In this document: piece after piece, positions 9,936 through 18,561 of the stretch
Position numbering within the stretch: the stretch's first letter is position 1
Layout: every line of letters begins with the position of its first letter
Sequence record: ON529858.1
DNA: 64,000 nt
Reading direction: 5' to 3' (one strand)
Program-made: the position numbers and the translations under genes
Notes under the pieces: generated by a model
The model's input: only the letters and a program-made list of their open reading frames with translations
The model's database searches: none
Told to the model about the DNA's origin: nothing

Positions 9936-12668
9936 ATGAGCGACTTCCACGAAATCCTGTTCCCGCCGACGATCTCCTATGGGTCGTCGGGCGGACCCCG
10001 GTTCAAGACCACGCTGTTCACCACGGACGCGGGCTATGAGCAGCGCAATATCGACTGGACGGAAGTCAGGCACGAATACGACGTGGCCCACGCCATGCGC
10101 GAGTTCGACGGCACGCTGAACGTCGCCGGCATCCACCAGCTTCACGCCTTCTTCATGGCGCGCGCCGGCCGGTCGCACGGCTTCCGCTTCAAGGACTGGA
10201 ACGACCACCGCGTCGACGACGGGCAGGTTCTGGGCTCCGGCGATGGCGGCACGACCTCCTTCCAGATCATCAAGACCTACTACGAGAAGCAGAACGAAAA
10301 CCAGTGGGAGTCGATCTTCGACCGCCGCATCACGAAGGTCGATTGGGACTCCGTGATCACCGTCCGCCTGGACGATGAGATCATCAATCCGATGTATTGG
10401 ACCCTCGACTACAACACCGGCATCCTGACCTTCCTCACGGCCCCGCCGGTCGGCGCTTCCGTCACCATCGACGGCGTCCTGTTCCACGTCCCGGTCCGTT
10501 TCGACACCGACTATTGCGACGTCACGGTCGAGTTCTGGAACGGCGGCTCCTGGCCGTCGATCCCGCTGATTGAACTGCGCCAGCCCAACGACGCCTACAA
10601 GATCAAGAGCCTGACGCTCAACGACACGATCCATGAGGTCCTGTTCCCCGTCGGTGTCTCCTGGGGCGCCTCGGGCGGACCGAAGTTCAAGACCGCGATC
10701 TATACGATCGACTCGGGCTACGAGGCCAACGTCCGCGACTGGACCCGCACGCGGGCGGAATACGAGTGCTCGCACGAGGTCAAGCACCCCGAGCAGATGA
10801 AGACCCTGACCGAGTTCTTCATGAACCGGCGCGGGATGGCCTACGGCTTCCGCTACAAGGACTGGTCCGACTACCGGCTCAAGCAGGAGAAGATCGAAGG
10901 CAAGGGCAACCACGCCCAGAAGATTTTCCAGATCACGAAGACCTACCGCAGCCACCGCGAAGGCGCGGAGCCGACGACCTACGTCCGCCGCATCACGAAG
11001 CTGGCCTGGAACACCATCGCCGGCGTCACCGTCGGCGGCGTCGTCGCCCGCCAGTCCAATGAAGGCGATTGGGGCGACATCACGGACTTCACCAAGCCCT
11101 GGTATCACGTCGACGTCGACAAGGGGAAGATCGAGTTCTACGAGGCCCCGGCCGGCCGCCGCTACGAAGGCGTGACCGACCGCACGCCGCTGACGCTGAT
11201 CACCACCGGCGGACTGTTCACGAACTCGGTTGCGACCAACATTGGCGGCCGGTATGTCTACGCCGATCCCGACGCCGGCTACATCTACATGCTGGGCGGC
11301 GGCGGCGGGCAGAACGGCATTCGGCGCGTCCGGATGTCTGACGGCGTCGAGGACTTCCAGGTGCGGTCCGAGACGATCGGCTTCCCCCTGACCAACGTCT
11401 CCTATGACGACCGCAAGATCAGTTCGTTCGTGGCGGCCGGCAACGGCTTCATCTACGTCATGGTCGGCGGCTTCAACACCCAGGTCCTCTATAAGATCGA
11501 CCTGAGCGACTTCAGCATCGCCGCGTCGCGCGGGACGGCCGCCGGCGGCCTCCCGTCCGGATCGCAGACTTCCGCCGCCCTCGCACCCGGCGCCGTCTCC
11601 AAGGACGGCACGCGGGTCATCCACCTGGGACAACTCGGCGGCGAAGACGCCGTCAACGTCTTCACCACCGAAGACCTGACCCCGGTGCGGACCTGCGACG
11701 TGGGCGGCTTCATCCCGATCGCGAACAACCCCCTGCGCGCCGCCTGCCCGCTCTACGAGGTCAACTTCGGCATCCTCCTGTCCTGGGACGTCAACTCCGA
11801 CAAGGGCGCCCTGGTCGAGCTGTGGGACGACGCCGGGCACAAGCTGCTTCAGTTCGAAGGCGTGGGCGACTGGATCGCTCGCGACGACGGGGCCACGCCC
11901 ACCGACGCCGGCGTCCTGGTCGGCTGGCACGACGCCGACGGCGTCTACATCTCCAAGTATTCCGAGGCCGAGCAGAAGGAAGTCTGGCGCGCCACTGTGC
12001 CCGTCCAGGGCGCGGTGTCCCCGCAGTCGCGCGTCGCCGGGCACATGGCCTATGCGGCGGATGACGTGATCATCCACATCGACACCACCACCGGCGAGGT
12101 GATCACCCGCGCCAGCGAGGTCGACAACTTCTCGTCGGCGCAGTTCTACGACCGCATCACCGACCGCATCTACGGCGTGCCCCAGATCAACGAGGTCGAC
12201 GGCTATCTGGACACCAGCGTCGAGGGGCTTCAGGTCCTGGATGCGGCTGAAATCGTCATCGGCACGGCCGAGTTCCACGTTCCGGTCCGCTTCGACAGCG
12301 ACCAACTGGACGTGACCCAGGACCACTTCAACGTCTCGTCGTGGCCGTCCATCAGCCTCGTCGAAATCCGCGATTGGGTCGAACTCGGGATCAGCGAGCC
12401 GCCGGCGCCGCGCGGCGTCAAGAGCCCCCACACCATCACGCCGGGCAAGCGCTGGCAGACCGTGCTCGCGAGCGGCGGCGTCGGCGCAGTCGCCTATTAT
12501 CCGACGGCCTACGCGGCGTGCCGCCGCCAGTGGGAAGAGTTCGCCAACACCGAGCGCACCGAGTTCATCGGCGCCACCGTGCTCGATAGCGGCAACGCCG
12601 TGTGCATGTGGTCCTACATCCCGGCCGATCCGCTGCCGGCCATCGTTTCTCTAGTTGACGACGTCTGA
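9936..12668 (+). CDS. DUF2460-family tail-tip protein, two DUF2460 units, the second split by a beta-propeller-like insert
   Basis: FHEILFPPTISYGSSGGPRFKT and IHEVLFPVGVSWGASGGPKFKT; two VPVRFD motifs; ATG at 9936 downstream of the promoter motif. Confidence 0.85.
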   Translation: MSDFHEILFPPTISYGSSGGPRFKTTLFTTDAGYEQRNIDWTEVRHEYDVAHAMREFDGTLNVAGIHQLHAFFMARAGRSHGFRFKDWNDHRVDDGQVLGSGDGGTTSFQIIKTYYEKQNENQWESIFDRRITKVDWDSVITVRLDDEIINPMYWTLDYNTGILTFLTAPPVGASVTIDGVLFHVPVRFDTDYCDVTVEFWNGGSWPSIPLIELRQPNDAYKIKSLTLNDTIHEVLFPVGVSWGASGGPKFKTAIYTIDSGYEANVRDWTRTRAEYECSHEVKHPEQMKTLTEFFMNRRGMAYGFRYKDWSDYRLKQEKIEGKGNHAQKIFQITKTYRSHREGAEPTTYVRRITKLAWNTIAGVTVGGVVARQSNEGDWGDITDFTKPWYHVDVDKGKIEFYEAPAGRRYEGVTDRTPLTLITTGGLFTNSVATNIGGRYVYADPDAGYIYMLGGGGGQNGIRRVRMSDGVEDFQVRSETIGFPLTNVSYDDRKISSFVAAGNGFIYVMVGGFNTQVLYKIDLSDFSIAASRGTAAGGLPSGSQTSAALAPGAVSKDGTRVIHLGQLGGEDAVNVFTTEDLTPVRTCDVGGFIPIANNPLRAACPLYEVNFGILLSWDVNSDKGALVELWDDAGHKLLQFEGVGDWIARDDGATPTDAGVLVGWHDADGVYISKYSEAEQKEVWRATVPVQGAVSPQSRVAGHMAYAADDVIIHIDTTTGEVITRASEVDNFSSAQFYDRITDRIYGVPQINEVDGYLDTSVEGLQVLDAAEIVIGTAEFHVPVRFDSDQLDVTQDHFNVSSWPSISLVEIRDWVELGISEPPAPRGVKSPHTITPGKRWQTVLASGGVGAVAYYPTAYAACRRQWEEFANTERTEFIGATVLDSGNAVCMWSYIPADPLPAIVSLVDDV

Positions 12669-14293
12669 TGAAGAATCTTTCCAAGCAAATGCTCGGCCGT
12701 CTGCGGCGTGGGGTCACCACGCTCTGCACCTGCATGACCATCCGCCGTCGCGACGGCAAGGTGCTGACCTTCACCGACCACGACCAGCCTGTCGATGTGG
12801 CCGGAACCCTCTTCCTGCCCTACCACTCCTTCTCGCGGACCTCGGTGTCCTCGACGCTGGAACTGGACGTCGACGGCCTGGAACTGATCGGCATCCTGAA
12901 CTCGACCGCCGTCTCGCGCGAGGACATCGCGGCCGGCGACTTCGACGGCGCCGACGTCGAGGTCTTCGTCGTGGACTACGAGATGCCGGAGATCGGCAAG
13001 GTCATCCTGCGCATTGGCACGATCGGCGAGATCGTGGCGAACGAAGACGGCACGTTCGAAGCGGAAGTGCGCGGCCTGAGCCAAGTCTACACCTTCCGGA
13101 TCGGCGAAAGCTACACGCCCGAATGCCGCGCCAACCTGGGCGATCGCCGCTGCAAGGTTCCGATCGAGCCCCCGCGCTGGCGCCCCGGCACGGCCTATCG
13201 CCGTGGCGACGCCGTCAAGGGCATCGTCAACCCGGCCTCCAACTACGAGAACCTGGGCTTCACCAACGGTTCGTTCGAGGACAGCGACGTCAACGAGCCC
13301 CTGCGCTCGATCCCTGGCTGGAAGACCTACGGCTCGGTCAACGGCCGCTGGGAGCCGCGCACCACGCTCGACGATCTGAACGGCGCGATCTCGGGCTCCT
13401 ACTTCATCGCCCACCGCAACCCGAGCGGCGACAGCGCCGACCTGGGCCTCACCCAGACCCTCTACTTCCAGGGGCAGGGCGTGGACCAGACCGCCATCGA
13501 CACCGGCCTGTCGCGCCTCACCTCTTCCGTCTGGATGGGCTGCACCAACCGCGACGCCAAGGGTCGGTTCCGTGTATCCGCAATCATCAACGGCGTCGCT
13601 GACGCGGTGATCTACGATTCTGGGGTCAAGGTAGGCCCGGTGGATCAGTGGTTCGTGGAGAACGGCTGCAAGGACGTCATCATCCCCATGGGGACGATCG
13701 GCCTGAAGTTCGACATCTACGCCACCAAGAAGGCCAACGACGAGACCGGCATGTGCTTCGACTTCGTCCAGGCCGCCGTCAACTACCCCAACGGCAACTA
13801 CGGCGGCAACGACCAGTTCGGCGACGTCGTCTTCCGGGCTCAGTCGAGCGGCACGACCGGAGCGACCGAACCGGACTTCTCCAACCTGATCGGCTCCGAG
13901 GTCAACGACAACGGCATCGTCTGGGCCGCGCAACAGGCCTGGACCCGCACGGCGACCGTCGAGGCTCCGGCTGTCGACAACCGCTCCTTCCTGGCCGAAG
14001 GCATCACCCAGCCTCCCGGCTACTATGATGGCGGGCTGCTGACCTGGGAGACCGGCTCCAACGCCGGTCATAGCCAGGAGGTCAAGTCCTGGAAGGGCGG
14101 AAGCGTCGTCTTCTTCCAGCGCCCCTATCACGCGATGCGTAGCGGCGATCGCTACACCATCCGCCCCGGTTGCGACAAGCGCCGGACCACCTGCGTCGAG
14201 AAGTTCTCGAACATCCTGAACTTCCGGGGCGAGCCCGACGTGCCCGGCCAGGACGAATACTACAAGACCCCCAACGCGACGGCGGAAGCATGA
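12668..14293 (+). CDS. DUF2163/BR0599-family tail hub protein with inserted beta-sandwich domain
   Basis: TTLCTCMTIRRRDGKVLTFTDHD, CRANLGDRRC, PGCDK...C..KFSNILNFRGEPDVPG. Confidence 0.85.
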   Translation: MKNLSKQMLGRLRRGVTTLCTCMTIRRRDGKVLTFTDHDQPVDVAGTLFLPYHSFSRTSVSSTLELDVDGLELIGILNSTAVSREDIAAGDFDGADVEVFVVDYEMPEIGKVILRIGTIGEIVANEDGTFEAEVRGLSQVYTFRIGESYTPECRANLGDRRCKVPIEPPRWRPGTAYRRGDAVKGIVNPASNYENLGFTNGSFEDSDVNEPLRSIPGWKTYGSVNGRWEPRTTLDDLNGAISGSYFIAHRNPSGDSADLGLTQTLYFQGQGVDQTAIDTGLSRLTSSVWMGCTNRDAKGRFRVSAIINGVADAVIYDSGVKVGPVDQWFVENGCKDVIIPMGTIGLKFDIYATKKANDETGMCFDFVQAAVNYPNGNYGGNDQFGDVVFRAQSSGTTGATEPDFSNLIGSEVNDNGIVWAAQQAWTRTATVEAPAVDNRSFLAEGITQPPGYYDGGLLTWETGSNAGHSQEVKSWKGGSVVFFQRPYHAMRSGDRYTIRPGCDKRRTTCVEKFSNILNFRGEPDVPGQDEYYKTPNATAEA

Positions 14294-14706
14294 CCCGAGA
14301 CGAGATCGTAAACGAAGCCCGGTCCTACCTCGGCAAGCCGTGGCGCCATCGCGGCCGGCTGCGGTCCGGGCTGGATTGCGCGGGGCTGCTGGTGCTCGTG
14401 TCCAACACGGTCGGCCACGAGGTCGAAGACGTCGAGGCCTATTCGCGCCTGCCCGACAAGGAGCGTTTCGTCGATCACCTGAAGGCGCAGTTCCAGCCGG
14501 CCTCGCTGCCGCTGAAGCCGGGCATGATCGTGGTCCTGCGCGACGGCATCCTGCCCTGCCACACGGGCATCCTGGGGTGGAAGCACGACCGCCTCACCCT
14601 CATCCACGCTTCGGCGACTAAGCGCATGGTCGTGGAGGAAGTCTGGGAACAGTTCTGGACCTCCAAGTTCCGTTGCGCGCTCGATTTTCCTGGTGTTGAA
14701 GACTAA
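14290..14706 (+). CDS. NlpC/P60-family tail peptidase
   Basis: IVNEARSYLGKPWRHRGR...GLDCAGL with downstream His residues; ATGA overlap with the upstream gene. Confidence 0.85.
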   Translation: MTRDEIVNEARSYLGKPWRHRGRLRSGLDCAGLLVLVSNTVGHEVEDVEAYSRLPDKERFVDHLKAQFQPASLPLKPGMIVVLRDGILPCHTGILGWKHDRLTLIHASATKRMVVEEVWEQFWTSKFRCALDFPGVED

Positions 14707-17700
14707 TGGCTGATCCTTTTTCCTTCGCAATCGCGACCGTCGCCCAGATCGGGATCGGCTACCTCTTCCCGTCTGAAGGCCCTCGCCTGAAGGACCTGAA
14801 GGTGTCGGCGTCGACCTATGGCGCCGCGATCCCCGAGGTCTTCGGGACCTGCCGCGTGGGCGCGAACATGATCTGGTCCGCGCCGATCGAAGAGCGCAAG
14901 CGCAAGCGGTCCGGCAAGGGCGGCGGCGCCTACAACGAATACACCTACTACTGCTCCTTCGCCATGGCGCTCTGCAAGGGTCCCGTCTCGATGGTCCGTC
15001 GCCTGTGGGCGGACGGCAAGCTGATCTATGACGCGACCGGCGCGTCGGAGGGCTTGCAGTCGGGCAAGATTCGCCTGCGTATCTACAACGGCACCGAAGA
15101 CCAGATGCCCGACGCGCTGATCGAGCGCCTGAGCGCCGGCGGCAAGCAGAACCAACTCATCCCGGCCCCGCCCGGCGACCAGATCACCCTCTACAAGAAC
15201 GGCAACTACGGCTCCAAGGCGCTGACCTACAGCACGTCGATCGCCGACATGAACAAGACCGGCCAGGGCCTGAACGACGGCGCCTCGTCGATCAAGACGG
15301 TCGGCCCGTGGGAGGTGTTCGAACACGCGGACTTCAAGGGCGCGTCGACGGTCATCAACGGCGACGTGCCGGACCTGGGCGCGATCGGCTTCAACGACAA
15401 GATTTCCTCCTTCCGTCCGGCCAACGACTACGCCGCCAGCGGCAACGTCCCCGCCTATCGCGACCTCTGCTATGTCGTGTTCGAGGACATGCCGCTGGCG
15501 GACTTCGGCGGCCGTCTACCGCAGATCGCCGCAGAGGTCTTCGCTGACGCCACCGGCGGCGGCACGCAAGGCGTTCCCACGACGATCGAAGTGGCCTCCA
15601 AGGACGAAGCGCACCCGCTCGACGGTTATCAGTCGGACTTCCTGGCTGACAACGACCGGGGCTACATCTACGTCCGCTCCACGAGCCCGGACGGCCTGCG
15701 CCGCATTCGAATGTCGGACGGCACCGAGGACCGGCAGGTGCTGGCCTCGCAGATGGGCTTCAGCCTGGACCCGACCAACGTCTACGACAGGGCGACGGTG
15801 GGTCCGCTCCTGTGCGTCACGCAGGACGGCTCCATCCTGGCCTTCAAGGGCGGCTCGAACAACTACAACGCCGTCGTCAAGATCGACCCGATCTCGCTCC
15901 AGGTCGTCGGTCAATACTCCCGCAACCACCCCTTCAGCGGCGGTCCTGCGCTGAACGGCCGCTACAGCGCCGCGTCCGGACCCTACGTCGCCTTCTACGG
16001 ACGGGTCGGCTACGGCCCTGGTCAGGTCCACATCCTGGATGAGAACCTGGGCCTTCAAGGTCCGCCCTTCACGGCGGACCTCGGCTCGCCCGCCGGCATC
16101 GTGGGTCGCAACGACGGCACGCCCGTCTTCTACGCCTTCGACAACGCCGAAGCCACCTCGACCACGGGCGCGACCGGCCTGCGGATCGTGAGGCTGGACC
16201 CGACCAAGAGCGAGTTGAGCGAACTCGTCTCCTTCACGCCCGATGACTTCGGCATCCCCACCCCGACGATGATGTGCCAGAGCGCGCACTACGATCCGTC
16301 GGATGGCGGTGTGCTGCTGCACCTGCGGGCAGGCTCCGGCTTTGGCGCGTCGTATCTGGCGAAGTTCTCCTTCGACACGATGAGCCTGACCTGGACCGGG
16401 GCTTACCCGGTCTCGCTCAACACCCGCTTCGTCTCGCCGCGCATTCTCAGTGGTGAGTTCGCCTGGGTCAACGACGACACCCTCTACGCCATCTCGACGA
16501 TCTCGGGCGCCTTCATCGACCGCGACGCCGACCTCTATGTCGACCCCGAGGACGACGCGAACGACCCGGCCTTCGACGACGGCGCGGCGGGCGTGCCGAT
16601 CGACGGCATCAATGGCGTCGCCGTCTCCTACGAGTCCTACGACAGCCTGCGCAACTCCGTGATCTGCTTTGGATCGGGAACGCCGGCGATCATCCGCACA
16701 GGCGCCGCCGCTACGCCGGGCACGACGCTCGGCTGGGTGGTCGAACAGATGCTGCGCAAGGGCGGCCTGACGAACAAGAACTTCGACCTCACCGCCCTCT
16801 ACACGATCCCGATCCGGGGTTACGGCTGGGCGTCAGGCACCGACATCAAGTCGATCCTGGACGAACTGTCTCGGGTCTTCCTGTTCGACCTGTTCGAGTC
16901 GAACGGCAAGCTGAAGGCCCGACTGCGCGGCGACGAGACGGTCACCGTCTTCTCGCAGGACATCACCGAGATCAGCCAGGACCTGCTTGGGTCGACCAGC
17001 GCGGAGACGATGGACTTCTGGAAGGAGACCCGCATGTCGGAGCAGGACCTGCCCGAGCGCGTGTCGATGACCTACATGAACGTCGACGACGACTTCGAAG
17101 TGTCGACGGCTCAGTCCCAGCGCATCTCCGAGCCCATCCCGACGATGTTCTCGCGACAGCAGGTCTCGATGCAGATCAACCTCGTGCTCACGCCCACCGA
17201 GGCGAAGAACATGGTCAATCGGATGCTCTACTCGCAGTGGAGCGAACGGACCAAGCACGAGACCCGTCTGCCCTGGGCCTATCTGAACCTGGACCCGGCT
17301 GATCTGATCAAGGTCAAGCTGAACGACGGCCGGGCCTATGTCGAGCGTATCCACCAAACGGAGTTCGGCGCCAACTTCTCGATCGAGGCCGAGACCTATG
17401 GACAGGACTCGGGCTCCTACGAGAGCGAGGCTGTCGGCGAAGGCGGTGGCTCCGGCCGGGTCGACGTCATCTACCTGACCAAGCCCGCCCAGGCCTTCGT
17501 CCTCAACACGCCTCTGCTGCGCGACCAGGACGACTCGGGCGGCGGCTTCTCGCGCTACTACACCGCCGTCGGCACGGCCGCGCCGGGCGTCTTCCAGGGC
17601 GCCGGCGTGTTCCGCTCGATCACCGGGCAGGACTACGACGAACTCTACGCCGAGACCACCGAAGTCGAATGGGGCGTTCTGGCCGGTGCGCTGCCGCCGG

Positions 17701-18482
17701 CGCCGCATGGGGCCTTCGCGCTCGATTGGGAGTCGACGGTCAAGCTGTTCCCTGGTTCCGGGGGCTTCGAACTGGAGTCCATCACCGACGACGAACTCTG
17801 GGCCGGCGGCAACCTCTGCGTCATCGGCGACGAGGTCATCCAGTTCCGCGACGCTCAGCAGGAGGAAGACGGCTCCTGGACCCTGCGCACCCTGGCGCGC
17901 GCCCGGCGTGGGACGGAATACGCTCACGACAAGCACAAGAACGGCGAGCGCTTCATCTTCCTGTCCTCGGAGACTGTCGAGAGCCAGGGCGATCTCGTCG
18001 ACTCGCGTGGTCAGGATCGCTACTTCAAGGCGGTCGGCACGGGCCGGACGGTCAGCGACGCCCAGGCGCTCAAGATCAACTACGAGCCCCGCGACCTGAT
18101 GCCCTACGCCATCACGGACCTGCGCCGCACGATCGACACGGTCACGCCGGCGATCACCTTCACCTGGGCGCGCCGCACGCGCCTGGGCGGGAACCTGCTC
18201 GACGAGACGGGCGACGTGCCGCTCAACGAAGCGTTCGAGCGCTACGAGGTCTACGTCCTCAACGAGCCCTTCAGCGGCGACGCCTCTCGCGGCCGAGCCC
18301 CCGACAGCTACAAGCGGATGACCGTCGTCGAGGGTCCGACCTGGACCTACAGCGCAGCAGATATGACGACGGACAACGTCGCCATTCTTGACACTCTGCA
18401 CGTTGTGGTCTATCAAATCAGTGCAGCCGTCGGGCGTGGATTCCCGACCGCACGCACGATCGAGCCCTGGCGCGAGTGGTGA
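14706..18482 (+). CDS. Central tail / host-specificity protein (GTA-type) with beta-gamma-crystallin and propeller-like inserts
   Basis: STYGAAIPEVFGTCRVGANMIW, VPAYRDLCYVVFEDMPLADFGGRLPQI, LARARRGTE motifs. Confidence 0.85.
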   Translation: MADPFSFAIATVAQIGIGYLFPSEGPRLKDLKVSASTYGAAIPEVFGTCRVGANMIWSAPIEERKRKRSGKGGGAYNEYTYYCSFAMALCKGPVSMVRRLWADGKLIYDATGASEGLQSGKIRLRIYNGTEDQMPDALIERLSAGGKQNQLIPAPPGDQITLYKNGNYGSKALTYSTSIADMNKTGQGLNDGASSIKTVGPWEVFEHADFKGASTVINGDVPDLGAIGFNDKISSFRPANDYAASGNVPAYRDLCYVVFEDMPLADFGGRLPQIAAEVFADATGGGTQGVPTTIEVASKDEAHPLDGYQSDFLADNDRGYIYVRSTSPDGLRRIRMSDGTEDRQVLASQMGFSLDPTNVYDRATVGPLLCVTQDGSILAFKGGSNNYNAVVKIDPISLQVVGQYSRNHPFSGGPALNGRYSAASGPYVAFYGRVGYGPGQVHILDENLGLQGPPFTADLGSPAGIVGRNDGTPVFYAFDNAEATSTTGATGLRIVRLDPTKSELSELVSFTPDDFGIPTPTMMCQSAHYDPSDGGVLLHLRAGSGFGASYLAKFSFDTMSLTWTGAYPVSLNTRFVSPRILSGEFAWVNDDTLYAISTISGAFIDRDADLYVDPEDDANDPAFDDGAAGVPIDGINGVAVSYESYDSLRNSVICFGSGTPAIIRTGAAATPGTTLGWVVEQMLRKGGLTNKNFDLTALYTIPIRGYGWASGTDIKSILDELSRVFLFDLFESNGKLKARLRGDETVTVFSQDITEISQDLLGSTSAETMDFWKETRMSEQDLPERVSMTYMNVDDDFEVSTAQSQRISEPIPTMFSRQQVSMQINLVLTPTEAKNMVNRMLYSQWSERTKHETRLPWAYLNLDPADLIKVKLNDGRAYVERIHQTEFGANFSIEAETYGQDSGSYESEAVGEGGGSGRVDVIYLTKPAQAFVLNTPLLRDQDDSGGGFSRYYTAVGTAAPGVFQGAGVFRSITGQDYDELYAETTEVEWGVLAGALPPAPHGAFALDWESTVKLFPGSGGFELESITDDELWAGGNLCVIGDEVIQFRDAQQEEDGSWTLRTLARARRGTEYAHDKHKNGERFIFLSSETVESQGDLVDSRGQDRYFKAVGTGRTVSDAQALKINYEPRDLMPYAITDLRRTIDTVTPAITFTWARRTRLGGNLLDETGDVPLNEAFERYEVYVLNEPFSGDASRGRAPDSYKRMTVVEGPTWTYSAADMTTDNVAILDTLHVVVYQISAAVGRGFPTARTIEPWREW

Positions 18483-18561
18483 TCCACCCACACCGCGCCT
18501 GACGCCTCCTGCCCTTCCTCCAGCCTTCCACAAGCGTGTGCTGCCACGCGAAAGAGACTCC

